Source of the DNA: Camelus ferus
Lineage: Eukaryota
Direction: 5' to 3'
DNA length: 64,000 bases
Assembly (NCBI RefSeq): GCF_009834535.1
Contig: NC_045696.1
Coordinates: 54,810,001-54,874,000 of the forward strand
The notes under the pieces were generated by a model. That model made no database searches. It was given only the letters and a program-made list of their open reading frames with translations, and had not been told where the DNA came from. The translations under genes were made by a program, and so were the position numbers. Shown one piece after another: positions 13,610 through 25,835 of the stretch (position 1 is its first letter; each line of letters opens with the position of its first letter).

Positions 13610-13790
13610 ACCAGTGTGGGAGCAGCAGGCACTGGATATAAAAGAAACAGAAGATATAGTCCTGTCCTTGGAGAATTTATAAGTCACAAAAAGGGCTTGG
13701 GAAGGTTTAGAAAGCAATTCGCAAACAGACATATTAATAGAGTGTAAACAGAGTATTATATTAAAGCCAGGCAGAATCTGCAGAGCAAAG
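13610..13790 (-). mobile_element. L2 3' fragment
   Basis: ggcactggatata...agatatagtcctgtccttggagaatttata. Confidence 0.45.
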
Positions 13791-13799
13791 GAAGGATCA

Positions 13800-13995
13800 T
13801 AAAAATAATAACTAGAATTCTATAGTCTTCTAATTTACAAGTACCTCTCTTGCCTATCTCATTGTCTACAACCGTTTCAAATAAAGGACTATTCTTTATC
13901 CTGCCTAGCTGATGAAAAAACTGTGACTCAGAGTTTGTCAATCCTGTGGCCACAGTGGGGTTCTGAGCCCTTGTTCTTTCTTCTACAACATTCCA
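13800..13995 (-). mobile_element. MIR SINE (degraded)
   Basis: gatgaaaaaactgtgactcagag core; ttctttcttctacaaca end. Confidence 0.55.
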
Positions 13996-14125
13996 CCTTC
14001 AGAATCCAAGGAGCTGAGATGAGTCTGGGAGGTAGGTGAGTTTGGTATAGGACTATATGGGAAGTGAAATTATGTGCAACAGCAGAGAAATATGAAAAGA
14101 AAGTTCCAAGTGTGCTGTTAATCTT

Positions 14126-14323
14126 TTTTTTTAAATCAACTTAATGTGCTTTGGTTCATTAGTTTTGTTTGTTTGTTTGTTTGTTTGTTTGTTTGTTTTG
14201 GAGGGGGAAGGTCATTAGGTCTTTTATTTATTTGCTTTTTATTTTAACAGGGGCACTGGGGATTGTCCCCAGGACCTCGTGTATGCTAAGCACACATTCT
14301 ACCACTGAGCTACACCCTCCCGC
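14126..14323 (-). mobile_element. tRNA-derived SINE (camelid Vic-1-like) with perfect 15-bp TSD
   Basis: Minus strand gggagggtgtagctcagtggtag...gaggtcctggggacaatccccag has an intact A box and a mutated B box, followed by a (CAAA)n tail. TSD tgtgctgttaatctt at 14111-14125 and 14324-14338. Confidence 0.93.
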
Positions 14324-15529
14324 TGTGCTGTTAATCTTAAACCAGGCACAAACAGAAACCCTACATGTGACACAGGAAACTTTTTTTTTTAAGAACTCCT
14401 TTTGAATGATGTAAAACCCCTGTTTGTTTGGGAGATGGTTTCTGTGCACTCATCCTTTCTCTCTTGTTTTGATAACTATGTTTGTTAAACGTATAACCTT
14501 GAACAAATCGCACAATCAATCTACTCTCCTTCCTCCATACATAAATTGGACATAATAACAACATTTCCATTGGTGGCAAGTTGCTCAAAGGAATTCAGTC
14601 CTTCGTATAAACATAAATCTTCAATACATCTCTTTGCAGAAAGGAGAAGGCAGGTGTTAATTTTCATGAGGCTGCAGAAGGAGACTGTGATACATGAATT
14701 CCTTCTAAAGTGAAAAAGAAGCCTGGGCAAACTAAGAACCGTTTCACAGGCATAAAGCAAAGCCCACGGCCATGTGATGTACATAATGAGGCACCGCATT
14801 CCCTGCAAGTTAAAGTTCCCTGTGGCACCCCACCAAGAGCAACACGAACAAAGCAGAGAGGCAGCACAGAGCCACTGAAGAAAAAATGATAACTTTCTCC
14901 TAATCAGAGGGCAGTTACGTATGTTGGGGAGGAATCTCCATGTTTTTTAACATTTGTGTTAAAGGGCAGGTCAGTCTGCTTCTAGGGAAAATGGTAATCT
15001 TCCCACTCACAGTTGGAATGTCATTTCCGTCTTCATGGAATGAAGCCTACAACCTAAAATGCCATGCAGGTGAAAAGAGAGATGTAGCACTGGCTTCTCA
15101 TTTGCAACATCCATCACAGTCATTCATGTGGAAATATACAAAATGTGCGGATGGAACCAACAGGACTGCCAAAAGAGCCTCCCCTTTCCTTGTGCTACCA
15201 CGCCCCTCTGCTCTCCACCTGCCCAATCCCAGTGTACTACATTTTGCCGGTTCCTTATTTGGGATCATATCATCCACTATTTGTTGAGTAGCTAATGAGT
15301 CCTCAGAATATGCTACCCTGGCAGAGAAGAGAAGACCTCAAGGTGGTGAATGGTTAAAAAAAAGTCTGGGTGGCATTGAACAACACAACCTTGTGTGTGG
15401 CACAGGGCCACACTGCAAGAACAAGAAGAGTCTTGAAGGATGTTGTGATAAATTGCAAGGAACTTAGTATTGAGAGTTGGAAGGTCTTTGTTCTATTCTT
15501 CACTTTCTTCTACAAAACTACAGCCATAA

Positions 15530-15650
15530 CACTATCTATCTGTGCCTAAATGAATTCATCTGTAGTGTGAAAATAATAACAGTTGCCCTGCCCACTGTAC
15601 CACACAACTGTGAAGAACACTAGAGTTTAGACATGAGTTACAAGTTATAA
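15530..15650 (+). mobile_element. MIR fragment
   Basis: tctgtgcct...ttcatctgtagtgtgaaaataataac core. Confidence 0.45.
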
Positions 15651-15834
15651 ATCTGAATGATGGAAGCAGGTAAGAATGAGCACTGAAGTGAAAAGTAGTT
15701 AGAAAGGGGTCAGGTGGCCACCACGCTAACTATGGGGTAAGATAGAAGAAAAAGAAATGGGTTAAGATGAGAAAACCTGTCAGCAGAGAAAAGAATTGGA
15801 TTGACAGGCAGAATGAAGCAGAAATGCCAGGATG

Positions 15835-15945
15835 GAGGGAAGAGGAGACAGAGACAGAGAGAGAGTGTCAGAGAAAGAGAGAGAGAGAAAGAGAAAGACA
15901 GACACACAGAGAAAGGCAGAAGGAGATAGAAGAAAAAGAGGAGTG
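15835..15945. repeat. GA-rich low-complexity (polypurine) tract
   Basis: gagacagagacagagagagag...gagagagagaaagagaaag. Confidence 0.85.
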
Positions 15946-17744
15946 TGAAGTTGGAGAGTGGGAGGTATGCATAATGCTGGATAATAGTCTGTCAGAATGC
16001 AAGCATCTGAAGGATAGAGACCATCTTTGAATCCACCTACAGTACTTAAAATAGTGTGCTGTGTATTGCACTCATAATAGACACTAAATTCACTTGCTGA
16101 AATGAAAAAAGAAAAAAACTTGCCACTTTAGGAATTCTTTTGGCTCTTTTGCCGAAATCATCAGGGGGATACATTCTGATTTCTTACAAAATTATCCTTG
16201 TCTGTCTTTCTCCTTTAGACTCTATACCTGGTGAGCAAATATAATTCATTTTATTTGGGAAGTGGGAAAGTGTAGCAAGCTGTAAACATACATATCATAA
16301 AAGTTAAAATAATGTAGACTTCAAAATAATAGATATTAGAGTTAATTTTTAAAGAAAATATAGTTTAGCAACCATGCTTGAGACCACCAGAAACCAACTG
16401 AACTTAGACAAAAAATGATATACAGCAGGGTAAATTACTGAGATACTAATTTTTGTGTGTGAGTGTGTGTTTCCTTTTGTAATTCTCCCCCATCTCTGTT
16501 TCAAGGATAGAGATGGTAGTATCCTATTACTTTAGGACTGATGGCCATGTAAGGAGCTTGCAACCATCACCTCAACATCTTCCTGAGGAAGATGGGAAAT
16601 AATGCAACGCCCTTGAGGAGTAAGGCAAGTTCTTGGGGATAAAAAGGGCAGAACAGAGGCAGAAGAGGTTCCTCAAGACCAGAGAAGAGAGGGACTCTGC
16701 AAAAAATGGGAATGCCTGCACTACTCTTTGGCAGAGCCTAGAGAGTTAGAAAACCTTGGGAGGGGTCTGGTTGTATGATACATTTCCAGAGGGTAAACTG
16801 TATGAGCCTAGCTTCCAGGTATGACAAAGAGCCTTCTGCCCAAGTGTGGCACAAAACTCACAGGACCATTTCCCTTCAGGGGCCATGAAGACTTCGAAAA
16901 CGAAATCGTATGTGGGCCAAAGAACAGAGTTATCTCCCCTAAAAGTTACACTTTGAGTACGATCCCTAGAATCACTGCATGCCCTGAAGGGAAGAATCCC
17001 AATTAATGACAGAAAATCAGTTTTTCATTAGCCTTAGGAATCGGAGGGATCTGGTGTCAGATTCGATTTGATATTAGAAAAATAAAGACAACCTGCTTAT
17101 GAATCTTTAAGAGCTGTCCATGTGACTCTTCAGTCTGCTAACATTTAAGAATCGTTGCTTCAGGCAGAATATTTTCCCTAAGCTACAAACAGGAGGTAAA
17201 CATGAAAATTGTCCATCTCTTATAGCAAAATTTCTAAAGAAAATAATTAAAAACGAGGAGTTATTTTGCCTATTCTATATATGTAATGGGAGGAAGATGG
17301 AGCCAGTGTGTTATTATACATATATGATGAAGAGTCAGGGATTCTCCTGACTGCATAAAGGTTTGTGGGTGAGGCTGGAACTCCTGAGACTGAACCATAC
17401 CCAGTGTTTAGATGCAGGCATACTGGGGCTTGTCTGGAAGTCTGGTGACTCTGGACCGACAGGTGTGTATTTGCATAAGTATTCAAAGACTTAAGTGGAG
17501 ACTCATTCTAAAGAAAGTAAGGAGTAGGCAGAATACTTGGACTAATAACAAAGCATTGTTGTAAAAGGGAGGCATGATTCTGAGTGTAAGTTGATGTCTA
17601 TAACCTGAGGAAGATGGGAAATAATCCACTTGAATTCCAGTGAAATTATTTATATCTTATTCTAAGGAGAAAAGAAGTAAAGGTTAATAAACTAATTTGT
17701 GTTTATTTCTTCAAAGATAATAGGAAACAGAGATCTGTTTAAAA

Positions 17745-18930
17745 ACCAAGGTGGCAAAGAGAATCTTAGCCTCCTGCTGAAACTATAAGAAAACTGTATA
17801 AAATAAAAAGCTGTACAAATGGAAACCAACTATTTTCAGACATTGTGCAATAGGCTAGATTTTGACCCTTGAGAAAAGGTAAACAATTGATGGATGCCTT
17901 AGGATAGCCTAGCACAGGGAAGATAAATCCAAGGAGAATACGGTGATTTTGCTGAGTTGAGGTGACAGAGATCAGAGTTGAGGGGACAGGTGTGGTTGGA
18001 CTTTGCAGGGGAGAGTACCAGAGAGGAGGTAGTTATTCAAAGAAAGATCTCTAGTAATTGCACAAGGGTTCCCTGAGGCTTTGGCTGAAAATAAGTTAAG
18101 CCTGCAAAGATCAGTCTTTATAGGACTGAGCTAAGACAACCACTAGAAAAAGAAGAGTTACTATCAAATTGTAATCTGAACAATTCCTGAAGGCTACACA
18201 GGCTTGGGACACATTTGATTTCCAACCAACCAGCGGGGAGACTCCTCATTGGAGATCCCAGAATATTCCTGCTTTAGCAGTAGAGTTAAACAAACCTTAC
18301 AGTAAAAGATAAACTCTAAGTGTAAACTAATAAACAAGGCTTAAGACAATCAAGCTGATTTGCAAGTAATTTTAACTGCCTACATAAACAAATATCAACC
18401 TTCTTTAAAAGGAGACAACAGAATCCAGAAACTCAGCAGGTTAATTTTTATATTATCTATTAGGCATTCAAAAATTTCTAGAATGAAAAAAGCAAGAAAA
18501 CGCATGCATAACCAAAAAAAAATCAGTCAATGGAGACAGAGTCAGAAAAAATAGAGATGCTGGAATTATAGGAACATTTAAAGAGCTGCTATAAATATGT
18601 TCAGTGGTTTAAAGGAAAACATGAGCATAATGAGGAGAGAAATGGAAGTTTTATGAAAAAAAATTTCCAAAGGTAAACAATACAATATCTGAAATTAAAA
18701 ATTCACCTAATGGGCTTAACATAAAATTAGACACAGCAGAAGAAGAAAAATCAGTGAACTTGAAGACCTAGCAATAGAAATGATCCAAACTGAATCACAA
18801 AGAGAAAAGAGACTGAAGGAAAAACAAGAAGAATGGCTCCTCACAGTTTGTGAGATGCAGCTAAGAAAGTGCTTAAAAAGAACAAGGATAGCTTTAAAGG
18901 CCTATATAATAAAAGAAGAAAAGTTGAAAG
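17745..18930 (+). mobile_element. Old L1: 5' UTR and ORF1 5' part joined to a short ORF2 piece
   Basis: L1M-type 5' UTR, then ORF1 coiled-coil sequence (ttagacacagcagaagaa...atcagtgaacttgaagac), then ORF2-like IALKAYIIKEE. Confidence 0.8.
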
Positions 18931-19450
18931 TGGAGACTAGGGAAATATTTCCTCTTCAGCCTGGGACTTGGAGCTGTTTCTGCTTATCAAGGACTTCAGA
19001 GACTTTACCACATTACCTTGATACCTTAAAGGCCCCAGAACATCTTTGTCTGTGCCCAGAGAGGGTGGAAATTCCTGGAGTAGGGCAGTTGAATTTTTCC
19101 CTAACAGAAGCAGGGCTGTTAAATTCTTAACTAGCTTCACAGGTAACAGAGGGCTCAGACAAAGACGGCTCAGCAGAAGAAGGGCTTGGACAGAGAGGAG
19201 GAAAAGACAGAAACCTCATTTTAGCTAATAGAACTTACTCATAAATAAATGTGAGAGGAAAAACACTCAAAGTATCTACCAGAAATAATGGCTTTGGTTG
19301 GGTGGGGTTAGAGATAGGGAGTATCTTGCAGGGAGTTTAAGACCAGTGAAACACATCTGATGGAAAATTCTCCTTAAGTAAATGAAATACAGCCACAGGT
19401 ACAGAGAAAGTCCACACAATGGTCTTTTAAAGCCTAATTTAGGAAGACAG

Positions 19451-19960
19451 TGTATTATGTATCTGTTGCTGCATAACAAGTTACTTCCAAACTTAGTTGA
19501 AATAACATTTATTTTCTCACCGTTTCTGTAGGTCAGGAATCTAGGCACAGGTCAGCTGGGTCTTTTCCTTCAGGATCTCTCATGGCTGCAATACCATAAG
19601 TCTCAACTGGAGGAGAATCCACTCCAAGATCATGCCTGTGACTATTGGCAGCATTCCATTCCTCATGCTTGTTGGACTGAGGGCCTCAGTTCCTGGAGGG
19701 CTTGTGGCTTGAGGCTGCCCACTGTCCCTTGCCAGGTGAGCCTCCCCAACATGGCAGCTTGTTTTATCCAAGTGCAAATGGAGAAGTCAAAGGGGAGAGC
19801 CCAGTAAGATGGAAGTCATAGTCTTTTGTAATTTAATCATGACAGTGGCATCCCTTCACTTCTGTCAGATTCTATCCATTTGAAGAAAACCACCAGACTT
19901 AGCCCACATCAAAGAGGAGGACATAAATACCAGGTCGGGGGGCCTCTGGGTACCTTCCAC
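19451..19960 (-). mobile_element. MLT1 (MaLR) solo LTR, MLT1F-like
   Basis: tgtatta...gttgctgcataaca...tttctgtaggtcaggaatctaggc...ttggactgagggcctcagttcc...aacatggcagctt. Confidence 0.85.
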
Positions 19961-20373
19961 TGGCAGGAAAACAAGCAGGAGTGGGGGACGTATTTACCTG
20001 TGCATCTGTGGCACGATGTCCCTTTTGGAGAGTGACGACTTAAATAAAATTCAACACTGGAGTGGATCAAGTCCCTCAGCTGCTCAGACAACCACCTTGG
20101 TCAGATGCCTGGGGTCATCACAGTGAGGCAGGAGATTAGGGACTATCATGAGAAGTAGCTAGTGAGGGAAAAGAGCGAATGGTATTGCTAAAGCATATAA
20201 GAAGTTTTACTTGCTTTTCAAATGGTATTTCCTTTACAATAGCAATTTAGTAAATACCACTTTAAACGATATTTTAACATGCATTGTGTGAGTGTGTGAG
20301 TGGATTTTTCTAGTCCCTAAGCCATCAGTTTCTGAAGAGAGAAGTTTAAGAAGTCCAGTAAGTGCGAGTTGTT

Positions 20374-20640
20374 TCAGTGTTACCTAAACCTGCACCATTC
20401 AAGTACTTCCTTTGTGGCTTTTTCCAGAACTGTATTATTATAAATATATTTTCTTGAGTTTAATGTGCATTTTAATCTGATAAAATATTTTAAAACTATT
20501 TTTATAATCACTTCTGTTCCTAGAAATCCATTATTACTGGTCATAAATATTTTTCTTATATATATTAAAATTAATGTTAAGTCTAGTAAATATGTTAACT
20601 GTTTTTCTATGTATCACTTATAATCACCTCATCTCCAGCA
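20374..20640. mobile_element. Possible hAT-Charlie fragment
   Basis: Starts with TIR-like cagtgttacctaaac and has an AT-rich body. Confidence 0.3.
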
Positions 20641-20669
20641 AAGGCCGACTATATTTAGGCAAATGCGCA

Positions 20670-20860
20670 TCATGGAATGGACATGTGCTTTGGGTTTGAA
20701 TAGTCACTTTGCCCTTTTCTATTTATGAAAATATAGGTAGGTAAGTACTTGGCTTATTTGAAGCTTACACTTCTTTTCTATGAAACTAGGATGACAGTAT
20801 TTACCTTGAAGTACTGTTGTTGGGTTCTAATGAGATAGTAGTTGTGAAAAGGACCATATT
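20670..20860 (+). mobile_element. MIR SINE (degraded)
   Basis: gggtttgaat...ttttctatgaaactaggatgacagtatttacct...aatgagata. Confidence 0.55.
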
Positions 20861-22174
20861 TAATATCCAGTAACAACCACAAAAATAATAATACTGGCAA
20901 TAACTAACATATATTGTACAATGACTATGTGCCAGACACTGTATTAAAGCATGTGAATATATTTTCCATAAAAGTGAGTGGTTTTTTCCAAAAGCTATCA
21001 TATCAAGTAATTTAACAGTCCATCAAGTATTGATCACCACTCTAAACAACTCCCAAGTTTCTAAGGAATGAAAAATATCTGAGAGCATACTGAGAGATTA
21101 GAACATTTACAGTGAATCCAACATCAGAGCTGGAGAAAAGTAATATGATAAAACAGGATTAAGTCTAATTCTAGGTAGAAGTGATGACATTTAAATGTCT
21201 CCCTTTGTCATGTGTTGTAGTTTATGGATTATATCTATTTAGTTTCCATAGTTTACAAACTGGCACACATAAAGCCTTTGCTGTTGATTATGCCACATTT
21301 AAAGGGCATTCCCCTTCACTTATGTGGGGTTTCCTGTAACTTTCAGGTGCAAGAACAGAAGGCATGAGAAAGGTGTGCCTTGTAGGTGGTAATGTTCCTA
21401 AGAAACCAGAGACAATTAGGCAAATAAGACATGTTCTTTATGTGTCTTGATCCACTATCCCAAATTTCCAATGCTCATGTCAAAATGTTTGCAAATTATA
21501 TATTCCAGTTTTGAGTCTATCTTCCAATGAACTCTGGTCTTACTCAGTTCTTGCTGCCTTTTGTCACTGTCCCTGGTGTTTTCTGTCTACTCAAACTTTT
21601 CTCACTTGAGGCATCTGCAAGGAGCACAATTTCCCGAAGGGCTGAAGTAACAGGTGTTTTCTTCAATCTGCTGCTTAACTGTCTAAAAACTCCCTGCTTC
21701 ACCATTTTCTGGGGCTTCTTCCTTTAGTCTCCCAAAGAGGACACTCCCTTTTACATTATTACATGGAGCAATTTCTCTCTCCACCACCTACCCAGCTCAG
21801 AGCCTGCCATCACACAGGGCAGTGCCAAGCGATAGATTCTTCTAGAGCCTCCAAAAGAACACAAATGAACTGGAAGAAGCTTTGAGATTTCCTTACTTTC
21901 TATCATCTCAACCAGTCCCCACGAGAGGAAAGAAACGATACACAGAGATCATTTTATCCAATTTCCTTTAGAAAGCAGAAGCATTTATAGTCATTTTGAG
22001 TGTTAAGTAATAACTTATCTTCTCTTTGTTATAGTTGGATAATTCTAGGTACAAACAAGGACTGTTAAATGCTCCTAGTCTCATTTCAACAGTTTCCTCT
22101 TCCAAGGAAGAAGTTCCTGACTCCACTTGTCAACATGCTTCAGAATGGCTATGCACACATAGAAACGGAATGAA

Positions 22175-22245
22175 CTAGACCTTTGGGTTAATCAAATCCC
22201 ATGCCCCCATTTTACAGACAGGTAAACTGCTATTCAAGGAGATGA
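22175..22245 (-). mobile_element. MIR core fragment
   Basis: cccattttacagacaggtaaactg. Confidence 0.5.
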
Positions 22246-24360
22246 ATAGACAACAACTGAAATCAACATATCACACAACTCCATATTCTCAGTGTATCAT
22301 TTAAGTATCTCAGATGAAAGGTCAAAAGTAACACCTTGACTATGTCCTGGCAAAGAAAGTTATTAGTACTCTGCGACCAACAGTTGTCCCTGAGAATTTA
22401 AATCGGTGAAGATGCTAGTAGCATTTGGAAGATTCTGACCCTAACTGTATCTGGTCCCTTCTTTACCTGTTGCATCACTTCCTCTCAGCCACATTCATCA
22501 CTGCTTCACACTCTTCCTAACATTTTAACACACAGGAGAAAAGAGGGAGGCTATAGGCTTCTAGAATCCTGAGCAAACTTTCCCTCCTTGACAAGAGCCA
22601 TGATCCACTTCTCCATCTCTGCTGCAGCCTGTGACTAGAAACCCAAACCTTCAGCTGAAAAGCCACAAATACCAGACTAACGACTGCAGCAAAATCCTCA
22701 CTTTCTCTAAAAATATCCAAAGATTGAAGGATGACCCCATATGGGCCGGGGTGGATGTGATAAAATGCAAATGCACAGCCTCCAGTGGGAAAGAGAGTGA
22801 TACAGTACGAGGTCAGAAGTGTGGACTGAATGAGGATATTTTTTAATACTAATGTAGCTGAGGGAGGACAGCTTCCAGATGGGAGGGGCAGCCGGTGGGG
22901 AGAGGTTTGTGGGAGCTGGAAGTGAAAATTATGCAAGCGTGTGGAGCTGCAAGGAAAAAAAGACTCCAAGGAGGCAGAAGATGTGGAGGCAGGACTCAGA
23001 TTGCAGACATCTCAATAATGATGCATTGGGCCTGAAAACAGGGAGGCGAGCTCAGGAAATAACCTTGGATAAAGTTGGGATGCTGAGAGCTCTGGCAGAG
23101 TAATTTCCATCAGAAGACCAGAGGGGAAAGAGCCAGTCCAGCAAATAGAGACAAGGCTTTCCTGGGCTTGGGAATAAAGTAAGGAAGTAAAGAAATGGGA
23201 GAGAGTGGAGCAGCATCTCTTTTATTTAGACTTTCAGGAAAGTCATTCAAGCATCCAGGAACATCTGAATTTTCTTCTGCTCAAAACACCTTTAGAGATA
23301 AAGCAAACAGCAAAAAACAGAGATACATTAGGTGAATCTGGGTAAAGAGTGTTCTTTGGCAATTCTTTGTTGCACAGAGGTACCTGATGGACAAAGAGTC
23401 ACTCTTCAGCTTTGCTCAGTATTGGGACTTCATCTAAATGTTAGCTTTCTGCTTCCAATGTCTCAATTCAAAGAGCAAGCAAAGGCTGATTGGACAGGGG
23501 AGTTTCTCACTTAAGATAAGCTACGCCAATAGGCATTCCCTGCTCTCAAATTTTTCTCTGCCTATTTAATTGATATAGCTTCCTTATCATTCTACTTAGC
23601 CCTAAGATTCCCCCTAACCTCCAAGCTTAGCATAAGTAAATGGTTTAATGCACAACTAACTGAATTACATGTAACTATTTGAATTCCATGAGTTCAAGAG
23701 CAATAAATCATCTAATATATAAAATACAAGCCACTATGCTTGAGTACTGTTTCATTTCCTTAGATTCTGTATTTATGCTGAATCTGCAGCAATTCTCCAA
23801 TTAGGCTCTGCCAAGCCTTCAATTAGCAATTATATGAGCTCCAATTCTTTTTTGGTTGGGCCCTCTTCTGTCCTCATTTTCAACCTTCACTGTATGTTAT
23901 CCATTAGCACCTTAACTCCAAGTATATTTATATTTTAGTGCATAGGATCTCATGTTGATATTTGCCCATATCTTCATAACACTGTATTTTCTTACCACAC
24001 CACTCCCATTTCAAAATATGTTACTGGTTTTGAATATATACACAATTATTAATACCTAAGTAAGGCCTTGTTTAAATCCATGTCCCTTTTCTAGAAGAGA
24101 CCTATTCACATATTATGACTAGGCCATCTATAAACCTTTAACCAAACCCATTAGATAAACAGTTTAGACGCTGAGATTTCCTCACAATGTAGTAAAACAA
24201 TCTGTGGACACTGCCATGGCTTGCGAGGTCCGTCAGGCAAAGGACATGATGGGTAAGAACAACAGAAATGTCAGGAAAAGGCCACAACTCCCAGTCACAC
24301 TGTCTCTGTAATAGGAACCCTGGGTCCCTTTGAAGTTGACTGCTTCAGCAGAACACAACT

Positions 24361-24396
24361 GGAAGTCTTCTTTCGGGGACTTCCCAGGGATTTCCA
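24361..24396. promoter_or_regulatory. Tandem NF-kB motifs with an adjacent ETS core (candidate enhancer)
   Basis: GGGGACTTCCC (24375-24385) and GGGATTTCCA (24387-24396), 1 bp apart, with GGAAGT at 24361. Non-repeat, CpG-enriched context. Motif evidence only. Confidence 0.5.
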
Positions 24397-25479
24397 ATTC
24401 AATACCCACGCCTGTATACAGCCTCTACATCACAGGAGAGCAAGGTAGCAGAGGCACACTGGCTCGCAACCACATCTGACTCCGACTCCTCTTTGATTGC
24501 AAACTTCTAGGCAACCAGAAGTCTCCAACAAAGCGTAACTTCCATCTCAGAGCCGACATCTTTCACTACACTCCAGGCTGAATAAGGCTTTCGGCTGCCT
24601 CCTTGTTGTCTGCCTTAGATTTTAACCTTCCTTTCAATCATCTGTGTTTCTCTCACTCTAAAGTAGAAGAGAGTACATGCAGGCCTTTATGACTCTTAAC
24701 GATGATCTGCAGAGAGACCCTGGGGCGCTAGCCCCTCACAGTTACTTCAGACCATGTCGCCAGAAGGCAAGTAGGAAGGGATGCCATTGTTAAGCATTTC
24801 AAAACAACACACAGTATCACCTTCTGTTTTGACCTCTTCAGCCTTTTCTTCCAAGAAATTATCCTTTGATTCCCCAACTCCCCTGCCGTTGTCTGAGAGC
24901 AAAGAGTGCCCCCAGCCCGCGCTCTTTCTAGAACATAAATTGCTTTAGTAATTTTCAAGTTATGAAGTATGGGGGAAACTTTCATACAGAGAAAATACTT
25001 ATGATTTTTTTTATAGTTAATTCAAATATAGTTGAACCTTAGAACTTTAAGATGAAAAATGAAATTGTTATGAGTTTGGGGGGGAAAAAACTTAGCAATC
25101 AAAAGCCAGCTTTCATACATGCACAATAAAATTGAGTTTTAAATTGTGTAATCATACCTCTGTGTACCACGGCAGGGATATTATTGTTTGTTTTGATATG
25201 GTGCTCTATTTTAAAATGTACATAGTTATGCAAATAAAGTTAGGTAACTCAATCAAGGCACAACTTTCCTTTTTTTTTAATTTACCAGCTTAGTGTCTTA
25301 AAACACAGAAAAATTAAATGCAAAAAAAAATCAAAAGGAAATAATTTAAATGTTGATGTTACCTCTTGAAAAAATTAAATATATTTAAAATTATCATCAG
25401 GACAAGATTAATTAACACTATAAGTAGGTGATCCCATAAGTAAAAGAAAACATTTCCAAATTATGTGTCTCTATCTGAC

Positions 25480-25835
25480 TCTCCATCATGTTCCAACACT
25501 TCCCCAATCCTCGTACCTCTGGCCTTTGCACAATTACGCTTCTGGCCTGAAATGCCCTTTATTCCTCTTGTCTATTTGGCTAACTTAACCTTCAAAACTA
25601 AGATCTGTTATCTTACCTTATTCCCCTTACCCTTGCTAGCTTGGAAAAATGTTCTCTCTTTATATATTTTTAACTTGAATTAATTTTACTATATTATGAT
25701 TTATTTGTTTTTGTCTGACCCTAGACTTGGCTAAGAACTCTTGAAGTCAGGAATTTTCTTACATATTCCCCCATCCCTAGCACCTACTATAGTGCATAGC
25801 ATATAAAATGTCTCCAATATACATGGTTGATTAGA
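25480..25835 (+). mobile_element. L2 3' end
   Basis: ggcctttgcaca...cctgaaatgccctt...ctcttgaagtcagg...cctagcacctactatagtgc. Confidence 0.7.

Noticed and set aside
14250..14323. tRNA-like sequence on the minus strand
   Set aside because: It is the head of a SINE with a tail and TSD, and its B box is mutated; not a tRNA gene.
21545..21613. Possible minus-strand exon (ctccttgcag acceptor, ga|gtaaga donor)
   Set aside because: Splice-like signals alone are too common to support a call without transcript data.
22517..23103. Overlapping ORFs of 71-150 aa in GC-richer unique sequence
   Set aside because: No recognisable domain or convincing splice pair. Length is compatible with chance.
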